DNA of 64,000 nt from an uncultured Lachnoanaerobaculum sp. (lineage in GTDB: Bacteria; Bacillota; Clostridia; Lachnospirales; Lachnospiraceae). This document shows, in pieces, positions 53,140 through 64,000 of this stretch (the stretch's first letter is position 1; every line of letters starts with the position of its first letter). A program made the position numbers and the translations under genes. The notes beneath the pieces were generated by a model. That model was not told the DNA's origin. It made no database searches and worked only from the letters and a program-made list of their open reading frames with translations. Location of the stretch: positions 411,026-475,025 of the forward strand of contig CAKAHN010000001.1 in NCBI GenBank assembly GCA_916439105.1, written 5' to 3'.

Positions 53140-56076
53140 GTGATGAATAAAGAAAATGAAGATAAAACTACTGAGAAAAGCTCCAAGTCCTCAGGTTCAA
53201 GGAAGAAGAAATATATAAACAAATTTATATTTCAGGCAATAAAAACCTTTTTCCTTGCACTACTGGCGGTAAGCGTTCTTGGCGGTGCCATGGTAATCGG
53301 AATGATAAAGGGTATTATAGACAATGCACCTGATGTAGATGTGGACAGTATAGTTCCATTAGGATATGCTACTACAGTATATAATGCATCGGGACAGGTT
53401 ACGGATACTTTGGTCATGGCAGGTTCAAACCGTGAAGAGGTAACCTATGATGAACTTCCAAAAGTTCTTATAGATGCTTTTGTTGCAATCGAAGACTCCA
53501 GATTTTGGAAGCACAACGGAATAGATACCAGAGCGATACTTAGAGCGGTAAGCGGTGTAATTACCGGAAACAGCTCCTCAGGTGGCGGATCCACCATAAC
53601 ACAGCAGCTTATAAAAAATAATGTATTCAATGGCGGTAGAGAAAGAAGCTTTGGAGAAAAGGTAGAGAGAAAGTTTCAGGAAATGTATCTGGCTGTACAG
53701 CTTGAAAAGCAGATGGATAAAAAGCTGATACTTACAAATTATCTGAATACAATCAATCTCGGTAGCAACTCTCTTGGTGTAAAAGTTGCCGCAAGAAGAT
53801 ATTTCGGAAAAGAGGTGTCCGACTTAACACTTTCGGAAGCTACGGTAATAGCGGGTATCACAAAAGGACCAACCAAGTACAATCCTATTACAGGGCAGGA
53901 AGCAAACTCTGAAAGAAGAAAAATTATCCTTCAATATATGTATGAACAGGGTTATATTTCAAAAGAGCAGCAGGAAGAAGCCCTTGCTGATGATGTATAT
54001 TCAAGAATTCAAAATGTAAATACACTTACAAAAGAAAAAAATACTCATTACAGTTATTTTACAGATGCTTTGATTTCTCAAGTGACATCGGCATTTATAA
54101 ATGAACTTGGATACACAGAGACTCAAGCGCACAACCTTTTATACAGCGGCGGACTGTCAATATATACAACTCAGGATCCTTCGCTTCAGCAGATAGTAGA
54201 CAGTGAAGTAAACAATCCCGAAAACTATCCTGATACAAAGTATGCACTTGAGTACAGACTTACTGTGACGGACAGCGAAAAGAATACTAAATTACTCTGA
54301 AAAAGATATCAATAAATATCATTCGGAAGTGCTTCATGACGGTTTCAACGGACTTTATACTACTGAAGATGCCGCAAGAGCTGATGCGGAAAGTTATAAG
54401 GCTACAGTAGTCAAAGAAGGTGATAGTGTAGTTGGTGAAAGTGTTAAAACTGTTTTGGAACCACAGGTTTCATTTGTTCTTATGGATCAAAAAACCGGTG
54501 CAGTAAAGGCTATCAATGGTGGTAGAGGTGAAAAGACATCTTCTCTTTCTCTAAACAGAGCTACAAGTACCACAAGACAGCCGGGTTCTACATTCAAAGT
54601 AATATCGGCATTTGCACCTGCACTCGATACAAGTGGCGATACCTTGGCTACAACATATTATGATGCCGAATATACCATTGGAGAAAAAACTTTCCAAAAC
54701 TGGTATGACAAACAGGGATATATGGGCTGGTCAAGTATTCGTGACGGTATCATATATTCTATGAATATAGTTGCGTTAAAAACTCTTATGGAGACGGTAA
54801 CACCTAGAGTCGGTGTACAATATGCTACAGACTTCGGTATTACCACTCTTACAGATCAGGACTACAATGCTTCACTTGCACTCGGAGGTCTTACAAAGGG
54901 TGTTACAAATCTTGAGCTTACAGGCGCCTTTGCCACTATAGCAAATCAAGGTGTTTATACAAAGCCTGTATTCTTTACAAAGATTGTGGACCACAACGGA
55001 AAGACATTGCTTGACAACAGTACACCGCAAACTCATAGAGTTATAAAGACTCTACAGCATTCCTTCTTACCGATGCCATGGCTGCATCTACACAGAACAA
55101 CAGAAAGTTTGCAAGTAGCGGTGTGAACATAAATTCCACATCTACAAGAGCTCATCTTGATCATATGAGCGTGGCAGGTAAGTCCGGTACTACTTCAAAG
55201 AATGTGGATGTATGGTTTGTCGGATTTACACCATACTATACGGCCGGAGTATGGGCAGGATGTGACGAAAATCAAACTCTTTCAGATAACGGAGGTACAA
55301 GCTTCCACAAGGATATCTGGAGAAAGATAATGAATAAAGTTTCAGAGGGTGCCGAAGATATAGGCTTCCCGGTACCTGATTCCGTGGAGACCGCTGTAGT
55401 CTGCAGAAAATCAGGTAAACTTCCTATACCGGGAGTTTGTGACCATGATCCTCGTGGTGATTCTACCTATACAGAATACTTTGCAAAGGGCACGGTACCT
55501 ACTGAGGTTTGCGATCACCATACTACCGTAACTGTATGTAGTGAAAGCGGATTGTTACCTACTGCAAACTGCCCGAATACTGTTACAAGAGTTGCCCTGA
55601 TCGTTCCTGCGGGACAATCAAATACCGATGATTCACAGTATGCGGCACCGTCTGCTACATGTACCATACATGGTGAAGGCTATCAGTTATTTGATCCTAA
55701 TGCTCCTACTTCAAATGATGGTGATGACGCCGGTGTAGGTGTGGCACCAAGAGCAAGTATAAATCATCCGGTTATTACACCAAGGCAAAATAACAATGTG
55801 GGTGTGGCACCCGGCAGTGATGTAGTAGGTGTTGCACCGAATGGTAATACAAATAATTCAAAACCCAAGAGGCAGCCTTCAGAGATTAAAATTCCTGAGA
55901 CTACTGCCCCGTCTATAAAAACTACAGCCCCTAAATCTACTGAGGATTCCGATGTGTTACACGGTCCGGGAGTTACTCCTACAACCGAAGCACCACGTAC
56001 CGGACCCGGGGCTCATATGTCCACCGAAGGCCCCGGTGGACAAGGTTCTGCAATACTTATAGGACCGGGACACTAA
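53140..56076 (+). CDS. Class A penicillin-binding protein PBP1A (frameshifts near 54290 and 55045)
   Basis: Transglycosylase motifs EDSRF and GGSTITQQ; transpeptidase motifs STFK, SMN, KSGT. Confidence 0.95.
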
Positions 56077-56116
56077 AAAAGTGAGCTCTACATTTATTTT
56101 GTAGAGCTCGCTTTTT
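56076..56116. terminator. Bidirectional terminator
   Basis: AAAAAGTGAGCTCTAC ... GTAGAGCTCGCTTTTT between convergent genes. Confidence 0.85.
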
Positions 56117-56904
56117 ATTCTCCCAGAATCATTTTATCAGTCAACACTGCATCTGTTCCTGAATACAATTCCATTACATCTGAGACTGTCATATTTTTTC
56201 TCATATCGCCTTCGAGAATCTTTAAGATACTTCCATTATTCATAACTATAGTTTTATTTCCGAAATTCAGGGCATCTTTGACATTGTGTGTAATCATCAA
56301 AGTTGTAATATGATTTTCAGTTACTATCCTGTTTGTTATTTCCATTATCTTCTTACTGGTCTTAGGATCAAGAGCCGCTGTATGTTCGTCAAGTAACAGC
56401 AGCTCCGGAGTTTCCATAGTGGCCATCAAAAGAGTCAATGCCTGTCTTTGTCCTCCGCTAAGTCCTCCTACTTCATTTTTTAATCTATGCTCAAGTCCAA
56501 GCCCAAGCTTACCGCAAACTGATTTGAAGTACTCCCTGTCACTTTTCTTACTCCCAGTCCGAATCTTACCTTCTTACCGCGGCTGTATGCCAGACCCATA
56601 TTTTCTTCTATTGTCATATGTGGTGCTGTACCTTTTAGAGGATCTTGATAAAGCCTACCTATAAATCTGGCTCTTCTATGCTCTTTCATATAGGTTATGT
56701 CAAGACCGTTATTATATATCCTTCCGCTCTCAACTTCTATATTGCCTGCTATTGCATTAAGCATAGTGGATTTTCCCGCACCGTTACTTCCTATTACAGT
56801 TACAAAGTCTCCGTCATTTAATGTAAGATTTAAATCACACAAAGCTTTTTTTCGTTTACGGTATCCTTATTAAATATTACATTGACATTTTTAATTTCCA
56901 GCAT
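56115..56904 (-). CDS. ABC transporter ATP-binding protein (Trp/aromatic amino acid type; several frameshifts)
   Basis: GSNGAGKST, QDPLKGTAP, LSGGQRQA, LLLDEHTAALDP. Confidence 0.9.
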
Positions 56905-57790
56905 GTATCTTTCTCCATCTTGCAATTGTAGGTTTTGTTAAAGGTATGCTTATTGCAACCACCACTATCACTGCTGAGAAAAGCTTTAGGTATATTGCAG
57001 GAAGCCCAAGTCCGAATGCTATCGCAAGCATTATACGATATATTATGGCACCTATTACCACAGCTGTCAGATGTCTGAGCATCCCTCTCTTGCCTATAAC
57101 GGTTTCTCCTATTATGATACTCGCAAGTCCAAGTACCAGCATTCCTGTTCCTACACCATGAGTTGCAGTCATATTATACTGGGCATATATTGCACCTGAA
57201 AATGCTACTATAAGATTACAAAGCGCAAATCCAAGTATTTTCATTGCATCTGTATTTATACTTGAACTCCTTACCATTGCCTCATTGTCTCCGGTGGCCC
57301 TCAAAGAAAGCCCTACCTGAGTCATTAAAAATACCTTTATTGCTATTACCAAAATTGTAACTATTATAAGAAGTAAAATAAGCTTTCCGATATCTGTTCC
57401 GCTTATAAAAAACTTCCCCTCAAAAGGAGTAAAAATTGTCTTTTCACCATAGAAGAAAACACTTGGCTTATCACCCATTACAAAGAGATTTATGGAATAC
57501 AGTCCTGTCATTGTAAGTATACCTGCCAAAATAGCATGAATTTTCAATTTTGTATGTAATATACCGGTAACAATGCCTGCAATCATTCCTCCTAATGCAC
57601 CCATCAAAAGTCCCATAGCAGGATTTTTTGCTACAGACCATATGGCACTGTAAGCCAATCCTGTAACAAAACTTCCGTCCACCGTTAGATCCGGAAGGTC
57701 CAAAATTCTAAAAGATATAAATAATCCCAGTGATAATATTGCAAATATTAATCCAAGTTCAATACTACCCAGTAATGTTGATAATGTCAT
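56891..57790 (-). CDS. ABC transporter permease (Trp/aromatic amino acid type)
   Basis: PDLTVDGSF, LRATGDN, GLASIIIGE. Confidence 0.92.
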   Translation of the reverse strand: MTLSTLLGSIELGLIFAILSLGLFISFRILDLPDLTVDGSFVTGLAYSAIWSVAKNPAMGLLMGALGGMIAGIVTGILHTKLKIHAILAGILTMTGLYSINLFVMGDKPSVFFYGEKTIFTPFEGKFFISGTDIGKLILLLIIVTILVIAIKVFLMTQVGLSLRATGDNEAMVRSSSINTDAMKILGFALCNLIVAFSGAIYAQYNMTATHGVGTGMLVLGLASIIIGETVIGKRGMLRHLTAVVIGAIIYRIMLAIAFGLGLPAIYLKLFSAVIVVVAISIPLTKPTIARWRKIHAGN

Positions 57791-57798
57791 TTCTACTC

Positions 57799-58854
57799 CT
57801 AATTATTTGATTTGATCTCGACAAATTTATTGTCTGTTTTGATACTCTCAGGTATTTCAATACCAAGTGCAGCAGCTGTATCTGTATTTACATAGATAAA
57901 CAGATCATCCTTAAATACCTTTACAGGAATCTCACCAACTGATTTGCCGTTTAAAATCTCATCCACCATCTTAGCTGTTTCTTTTCCAAGATCAGTATAG
58001 TCAATACCCACTGTAGCAAGACCGCCATCCATTACCATGGAATCCGCTCCTACATATATAGGCTTCTTAGCCTTTATTGCCTCAGATGTAAGTATCGGCA
58101 TAGCTTCAGCCACTGTATTGTCATTTGAAACAAATATCATATCCACTTTTTCAAAAAGTGTGGCTGCAGCTGTTTGAAGGTCTGCACTTGTTGAAATACT
58201 TACTGTTTCAAGCTCAAGATTCTTTTCTTTTACATAGTTTTCAAGCAAACCGAGATTTGTAACTGAATTGTCTTCTCCGGGATTATATATAAATCCAACC
58301 TTCTTTACATCAGGTGTTATCTCAAGTGCAAGGTCCATTATCTTTTCTATCTGAACAGCATCGCTTGTACCTGTCATACCCTTGTCCGGAGCATTCATAT
58401 CTGTAAGTATTCCCGCACCTATAGGATCTGTAACTGCCGAGAAAACCACAGGTGTACTCTTTGTAAGGCTCATAGCTCCCTGCGCCACAGGTGTTGCGAT
58501 ACCTACTACAACATCCTGCTTATCACCTTCAAATCCCTGTACTATGCCGGTGATATTTGACATATCTCCCTGCGCATTCTGAAAAGTTATCTTGACATTT
58601 TTCCCGTCTACATATCCCAATCTCTCAAGCTCAAGCGCAAATGAATTATATATTATATCAAGTGACTTATGTTCAACAAGCTGAATCACACCTATTTTTT
58701 TCATCTCAGTGCTTTCTTCACCGCTTTTTTCTACACTACTCTCTGCAGTAGTGCTTTCTGCTTTGCTGCTGTCTGCCGTGTCAGTCTTTGGTGTACATCC
58801 TGCCATTAAAAGCGCACCTATTGCAATAATTCCAAGTTTCTTTATTAATTTCAT
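57799..58854 (-). CDS. ABC substrate-binding lipoprotein (TrpX-like)
   Basis: LMAG-C lipobox; QLVEHKSLD, NAQGD, FSAVTDP, TGTSD. Confidence 0.92.
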   Translation of the reverse strand: MKLIKKLGIIAIGALLMAGCTPKTDTADSSKAESTTAESSVEKSGEESTEMKKIGVIQLVEHKSLDIIYNSFALELERLGYVDGKNVKITFQNAQGDMSNITGIVQGFEGDKQDVVVGIATPVAQGAMSLTKSTPVVFSAVTDPIGAGILTDMNAPDKGMTGTSDAVQIEKIMDLALEITPDVKKVGFIYNPGEDNSVTNLGLLENYVKEKNLELETVSISTSADLQTAAATLFEKVDMIFVSNDNTVAEAMPILTSEAIKAKKPIYVGADSMVMDGGLATVGIDYTDLGKETAKMVDEILNGKSVGEIPVKVFKDDLFIYVNTDTAAALGIEIPESIKTDNKFVEIKSNN

Positions 58855-58940
58855 TTTTCCTCCTCCGGCATTTAAGATGTGGACTATACTTACTGTAATG
58901 TATTTTCATAAGTCTCATATTATTTCATGAACTTATGCAA

Positions 58941-59186
58941 TAAAAAACGCAGACTTTGTTTATCCAAAGGACAAGCAAAGCCTGCGGTACCACCTTCATT
59001 AGTAAAAATACTCTCTCTTAAAAAATGCCAACACATTTTCTGCTCGATAACGGGAGCACCCGTCTTGACTACTCGTTTCCTTTCACCTCGCCCTCATGGG
59101 TCCATATTAAAATCGTAATCCCTATCGGTTCTCAGCACCTCCGACTCTCTGTGAGTAACTAATTTTTTTCTCCCAATCAACGGTTT
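58941..59186 (-). ncRNA. T-box riboswitch, probable Trp (UGG) specifier
   Basis: Minus strand: AGAGAG and GCTGAGA stem-I motifs; specifier region AATA-TGG-ACCC; T-box AAGGTGGTACCGC (58996-58984); terminator GCAGGCTTTG/CAAAGTCTGC plus U-run. Confidence 0.92.
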
Positions 59187-59237
59187 TATTATTTTATACT
59201 GTATAATCTTAAAATTGTCAACATTAACCAACAAAAT

Positions 59238-60602
59238 TTATGCATTTATTTTTCTAAAAAAATTTATGATGAGCGGAACTACTATTATAAATGATATTAC
59301 ATCCGCCACCGGTTGTGCGAGCTGTATCCCGTAAATGCCCAAGAATTTCGGCAATATAAGCACCATAGGTACAAAGGTAATACCGCTTCTTAAAAACGAG
59401 GCTATCGAGGAAGCCAGATTCTCTCCCGCCCCCTGAAACATCATGCTTGCCGCCAAAGTAACAGGTGTTATAAAAAGAACCACACATTGTGCTCTTAGCG
59501 CAAATGTGCCCACATTTATAACTTCTGTGTCATCTCTAAACTGCCCTATAATATGTCCTGAAAAAAGCAGTGAAAATATACTCAGTATTCCGATAATTAT
59601 AATACTTAGACCGCAACAAAATACAAAGGCTCTCTTAACTCTCTTAAACTTTTTTGCACCATAGTTAAAAGCCGATACAGGCTGAAACCCCTGTGATATT
59701 CCCAGTGCTATAGCAAATATAAAATTGGAAACTCTGTTTACAATACTCATAGCCGCAATGGCTGCATCTCCATAAGGCATAGACATATAGTTTAATACCA
59801 TGGTGGAAACACTCATCATTCCCTGTCTGATAAGACTTGGTATACCGGTCAGGATGATATTCACAATATCTTTTATATCCCATGAAACAGCCGAAAACCT
59901 GAGTCTTGATATAGTTCTGTTCTCACCGAACATAGCCAGTAATACAAAGAAGCTGATCACCTGAGAAACCGCCGTTGAAACACCTGCACCAAAGGCCCCC
60001 ATATTGAATGTAAATATAAATATCGGATCACCTATAATATTTAGCACACCGCCAAGAGTCAATCCTATCATAGCAAGAGAGGCCTTGCCCTCATATCTTA
60101 GTACATTATTTAAAACACAGCTTCCGGTCATAAAAGGTGCGGATAACAAAATGCATATCGCATAATCCTTGGCATAAGGCATTATGGTATCCGTGCTTCC
60201 CATTATTCTGAGCAAAGGCTCCATAAATATTATGCCTATGATCATTATAATCATACCCAGAAACAATGACATAAAAAATCCGGTTGAAGCAAACTTTATT
60301 GCCTCTTCACCCTGCTTATTTCCAAGCTTTCTTGATATATTGGATCCACTTCCGTGTCCGCACATAAAGCCTATCGCCTGATTTACAGTCATCAGTGAAT
60401 AGACTATACCAATTGCCGCTGAAGCACTTGTACCAAGCTTTCCCACAAAAAATGTATCTGCCATATTGTAGATATTGGTGACAAGCATACTGATAATGGT
60501 TGGTATACTAAGCCTTAATATAAGCTTTTCTACTGAAGTCTCAGTCATTTCCTTATATTGCCTGTCCAATGTAGCATTCATATCATTTTTTGTTTTCTCC
60601 AT
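59238..60602 (-). CDS. MATE family efflux transporter
   Basis: NIYNMADTFFVGKLG, LNIIGDPIFIF, FNYGAK; about 12 TM helices. Confidence 0.93.
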   Translation of the reverse strand: MEKTKNDMNATLDRQYKEMTETSVEKLILRLSIPTIISMLVTNIYNMADTFFVGKLGTSASAAIGIVYSLMTVNQAIGFMCGHGSGSNISRKLGNKQGEEAIKFASTGFFMSLFLGMIIMIIGIIFMEPLLRIMGSTDTIMPYAKDYAICILLSAPFMTGSCVLNNVLRYEGKASLAMIGLTLGGVLNIIGDPIFIFTFNMGAFGAGVSTAVSQVISFFVLLAMFGENRTISRLRFSAVSWDIKDIVNIILTGIPSLIRQGMMSVSTMVLNYMSMPYGDAAIAAMSIVNRVSNFIFAIALGISQGFQPVSAFNYGAKKFKRVKRAFVFCCGLSIIIIGILSIFSLLFSGHIIGQFRDDTEVINVGTFALRAQCVVLFITPVTLAASMMFQGAGENLASSIASFLRSGITFVPMVLILPKFLGIYGIQLAQPVADVISFIIVVPLIINFFRKINA

Positions 60603-60606
60603 AAAT

Positions 60607-61884
60607 CTACCTGTCTTTCTGCTCGCAAATAAAGAATATCGACATTGTTACTATAAAGTAAAACCATGTGGCAGGATTTGAAAACCATGTGGTAAAAAAT
60701 GAAAGAGCCAAATATATAAATCCTTGCGCATATATTATGTAAAATGTCGCATGCCTTGTACTTCTTATCCATTTTTCAAATAAATAACTTATGCCTCCAA
60801 GTGCTGACGAAAATATCGCAACACCGATAAGGCCAAAATCATAAAAAGCATCATAAAATAATGTCACAGTGGTAAGCTCAGTTTTATTTACAAAAATAGG
60901 AAAATCAACTATTTTCGGATAAATAAACTTAATTCCTGTAAGTGCCCATAATGGAAAAAGTCCCTTTAACCCAAAGCTGTGTTTTGGTAACTCCTTAATC
61001 AGTGTATCTAAGTTATCATAATTATTTGCAATATAAATATATGGCTGACTTATAAAAATAGGAAGATTATATTTCATCTCAAATATTCCGTTAAGATACT
61101 CCACATTATGACTCCTTGCCACTGAAAGCAATAAATAGACAGGAACAATCAACGCTATAACGGTTACAAAATATATAGGTCTTATCCTTTCTCTCTTTAA
61201 AATAAGCAGGGTAACAAAAGCAAGCAATACTGCAAGCATAAACTGAAATCTGGATACACAAAGTATCGGTATGGCCATTGCTATAATATTGGCTAAAGCT
61301 AAGAATAATACCTTTATTATTCCAAGCCTGCTCTCCTCATTCAGATAAATGATACTGAAAGCCGGTACTAAAATACAGCTTACAGTAAAATAATGCACTC
61401 CCGAAATATGAAAATAAGAGTATGCATGAGGAACGCCTTTTTCAAAAAGAGGCACAAAGCCAAGCACAATAGCCTCTATATTAAAAGCTATAGCAGAGGT
61501 AAGCGCAAGTATTATAATACATGCATACATCATATCCTCATTGCTCTTTTCAAGCACTCTCTCTGCGTTTGAGTAAGGATTACCCTTAACAGTTTTTAAA
61601 ATTTCAAACACTGCGTAAAAGCATCCAAAAGCCAAACCCAAGCAAATCCATGTTTTGTCACTCCATGGTTTTGCCAGATATGAAAGTTTCATTGCAGCCA
61701 ATCCCTCACCTGTAATAAAGGCAAGAGAAAATACACCTCTAAGATTTACCAATGATTTTGAATATCTGTATTCCTTTATATAAAGATATAATGCCGCCAA
61801 AATTAGAACAAACCCGGATAGGGCATAATGCTCCATCCGGGATAATACATACGCTAATAAACTACAAATCAGATATATTAACAT
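60607..61884 (-). CDS. O-antigen polymerase (Wzy)-like polytopic membrane protein
   Basis: About 11 TM helices; SRFQF, YIYIANNYDNL, FYDFGLIG. Confidence 0.7.
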   Translation of the reverse strand: MLIYLICSLLAYVLSRMEHYALSGFVLILAALYLYIKEYRYSKSLVNLRGVFSLAFITGEGLAAMKLSYLAKPWSDKTWICLGLAFGCFYAVFEILKTVKGNPYSNAERVLEKSNEDMMYACIIILALTSAIAFNIEAIVLGFVPLFEKGVPHAYSYFHISGVHYFTVSCILVPAFSIIYLNEESRLGIIKVLFLALANIIAMAIPILCVSRFQFMLAVLLAFVTLLILKRERIRPIYFVTVIALIVPVYLLLSVARSHNVEYLNGIFEMKYNLPIFISQPYIYIANNYDNLDTLIKELPKHSFGLKGLFPLWALTGIKFIYPKIVDFPIFVNKTELTTVTLFYDAFYDFGLIGVAIFSSALGGISYLFEKWIRSTRHATFYIIYAQGFIYLALSFFTTWFSNPATWFYFIVTMSIFFICEQKDR

Positions 61885-63601
61885 TCAAGCTCCTCTATCA
61901 ATTTCTTTAAGTAGTCTTTTATTTCACTCTCAGTTGACATCTCAAGTACCTTATCCACCTTAGCCTTTAGGTCTTTGCTGTCGCATAGAGAAATTATCTG
62001 TCTTGACTTTAGTATACTTGAAGCTGACATTGAAAACTCGTCCATACCCCATGAAAGAAGTACCGGTATAAGCAGCGGGTCTGCCGCCGCCTCGCCACAC
62101 ATTCCAACCATGATTCCCGCCTTTTTACCTTCTGTAATAATTCTGTTAATGCTCCTAAGCACTGCAGGTGAGAATGGAGAATACAGACCGGCTGTTTTTA
62201 CATTTCCTCTATCTACAGACATAGTATACTGAATCAAATCATTTGTTCCTATACTGAAGAAATCAACTTCTTTTGCAAAGATATCCGCAAGCAGTGATGC
62301 GGCTGCGGTCTCTACCATGATACCTACTTCTATATCCTTATTATATGCAATATTCTTTTCATCCAGTTCTTTCTTAATATCATTGATAATAGCCTTAGCC
62401 TCTATTATTTCATCCATTGATGTAATGAGTGGCAACATTATCTTTATATTTCCGAAAGCGCTTGCTCTGAGCAAAGCTCTAAGCTGTGGAATATAAATAT
62501 CATCTTTCTGTCAAGACAAAGTCTGATAGCACGATATCCGAGGAATGGATTCTCATCCTGTTCTATGCCCATATAAGGAATCTCTTTATCACCACCTATA
62601 TCAAGAGTTCTGATAATAACAGGCTTTCCCTCCATGGCCATAGCCACTTCCTTATAACTTTCAAACTGTTCATCTTCTGTAGGCATACCGTCTCTATCCA
62701 TAAATAAAAATTCTGTTCTGAAAAGACCGATACCTTCTCCACCGTTTTCAATTACCTTCTTGGCATCTTCAGGACTTCCGATATTTCCGGCTATTTCCAC
62801 CTTTTTGCCGTCCTTTGAAACACTCGGTAATTCTCTGTACTTCTTAAGCAGCTCCTTGTTTGCATCATATTTTTTCTTTTTATCATCATAATCCGACTTT
62901 TCAGCCTCTGTTGGAAGTATTATAACCTCTCCACTCTCCCCGTCAAGAAGGATAGCTGTATCATCATTTATATCTTCAGGAAGATTTGATAATCCCACTA
63001 CCGCCGGTATCTCAAGAGCTCTTGCAAGAATCGCCGAATGTGAAGTCTTTCCTCCAAACTGTGTAACTATTCCCAGTACGTTCTTTGGGTTAAGCCCGGC
63101 TGTCATTGAAGGTGTCAAATCCTTTGCAACCAGAATACTTCCATAAGGAAGTTTTGAAAGATCGGTATTTTCTATGCCCAATATTTTCTTTATCAATCTC
63201 GTTTTTATATCAAGCATATCTGTGGCTCTTTGCTGCATCAGTTCATCATCCATTGAAGCGAATACAGCGGCATACTGATTACATACCTCATCTATTGCAT
63301 ACTCTGCACAAACATTTTCAAGCTTTATATGGTTTACTATCTCATCCACAAGCATAGGATCGGACATAAGCATGATATGTCCAAACAAAATCTCTGCTTC
63401 CTTTGCCGAAGCATTTTTTTCCAAAGCCAGTGACATCTCTTGTGTCTCAGCCTTTGTAATCTCCAAAATTTCCATGAAGTTATTAACTTCAGTTTCACTG
63501 TTTGAAACAGTTTTCTTTACAACTTCTACATTTTGTTCTCTGACTACCTTTGCAACTCCGATACCGATACCCTCAGCTGCTCCTACGCCATAAATTTTCA
63601 T
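61878..63601 (-). CDS. ptsI: PTS enzyme I (frameshift near 62505)
   Basis: GGKTSHSAILAR, GLFRTEFL, NPFLGYRAIR, SIGTNDL, GMCGE. Confidence 0.97.
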
Positions 63602-63613
63602 TAAAACCTCTAC

Positions 63614-63883
63614 TTACTTTAACTCACCAAAACCTGAATTGATCAAACTTTTTAAAGCTTCCAAAGCCTCATTTTCATCCCTACCGTCACATGTTATCTT
63701 GATAACATCTCCACATTTTACACATGTGGCAAGTACACTCAAAACACTTTTAGCATTTGCCGTAGCGTCTTTAAATATAATATTTATTTTAGAATCATAT
63801 TTCAATGCCTCTTTACATAAATTACCTGCCGGTCTTAAATGCAATCCGCTCGGGTTAATCACCTTAAGCTCTTCTGAAACCAT
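63614..63883 (-). CDS. ptsH: Phosphocarrier protein HPr
   Basis: GLHLRP (His15), NAKSVL (Ser46); directly upstream of ptsI. Confidence 0.93.
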   Translation of the reverse strand: MVSEELKVINPSGLHLRPAGNLCKEALKYDSKINIIFKDATANAKSVLSVLATCVKCGDVIKITCDGRDENEALEALKSLINSGFGELK

Positions 63884-63897
63884 CTAAAAAACCTCCC

Positions 63898-64000
63898 TTA
63901 GTTTTCTGCAGCAGAACTACTCTCTCCGCTGCTACTGCTTTGTTCTGCTGTAGTTGTCGTTTCATTTCTTTCATTTGTCGGACTTCCTATAATCACCTCA
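63898..64000 (-). CDS. 3' end of a gene entering from beyond the window
   Basis: Open frame EVIIGSPTNEEMKRQLQQNKAVAAESSSAEN* ending just before the ptsH RBS. Confidence 0.55.
   Translation of the reverse strand, partial: EVIIGSPTNERNETTTTAEQSSSSGESSSAAEN

Overview
AT-rich (low-GC) Firmicute chromosome segment. Gene content and order point to Lachnospiraceae; this is an inference, not a database match. Most of the window is core housekeeping: ychF, leuS, glyQS, sufCBDSU, gdhA, era-recO, an M16 peptidase, the ireB-ruvX-DUF1292-rnj-mltG-like-methyltransferase-U32 block, mtaB, thiI with a desulfurase, prmA-rsmE, rpmF, pta-ackA, kduI-kduD, a YtrA-type ABC operon, typA, PBP1A, a T-box-controlled Trp-type ABC transporter, MATE, a Wzy-like gene, ptsI and ptsH. 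Many genes, including essential ones, are split by 1-bp indels, mostly in homopolymers, which is best explained by long-read consensus error. I re-joined these ORFs by reading across frames. There are two accessory zones. The first (1-8.8 kb) holds a DUF6602-like nuclease, ORF6N and DUF1016 relics, orphan genes after ychF, an NVGL-repeat gene relic and an MptD-type ECF importer. The second (13.6-17.4 kb) is a hidden operon of three tandem lipoprotein genes, two of them clear diverged paralogs. Non-coding highlights are a Trp-specifier T-box, a probable ANTAR-type attenuator before gdhA, a 194-nt rod-like hairpin before prmA, a possibly switchable structure plus terminator between ireB and ruvX, and several palindromic operators. 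I saw no rRNA, tRNA, CRISPR array, integrase or transposase. No complete novel system can be proven from the sequence alone; the lipoprotein array and the structured RNAs are the best leads.
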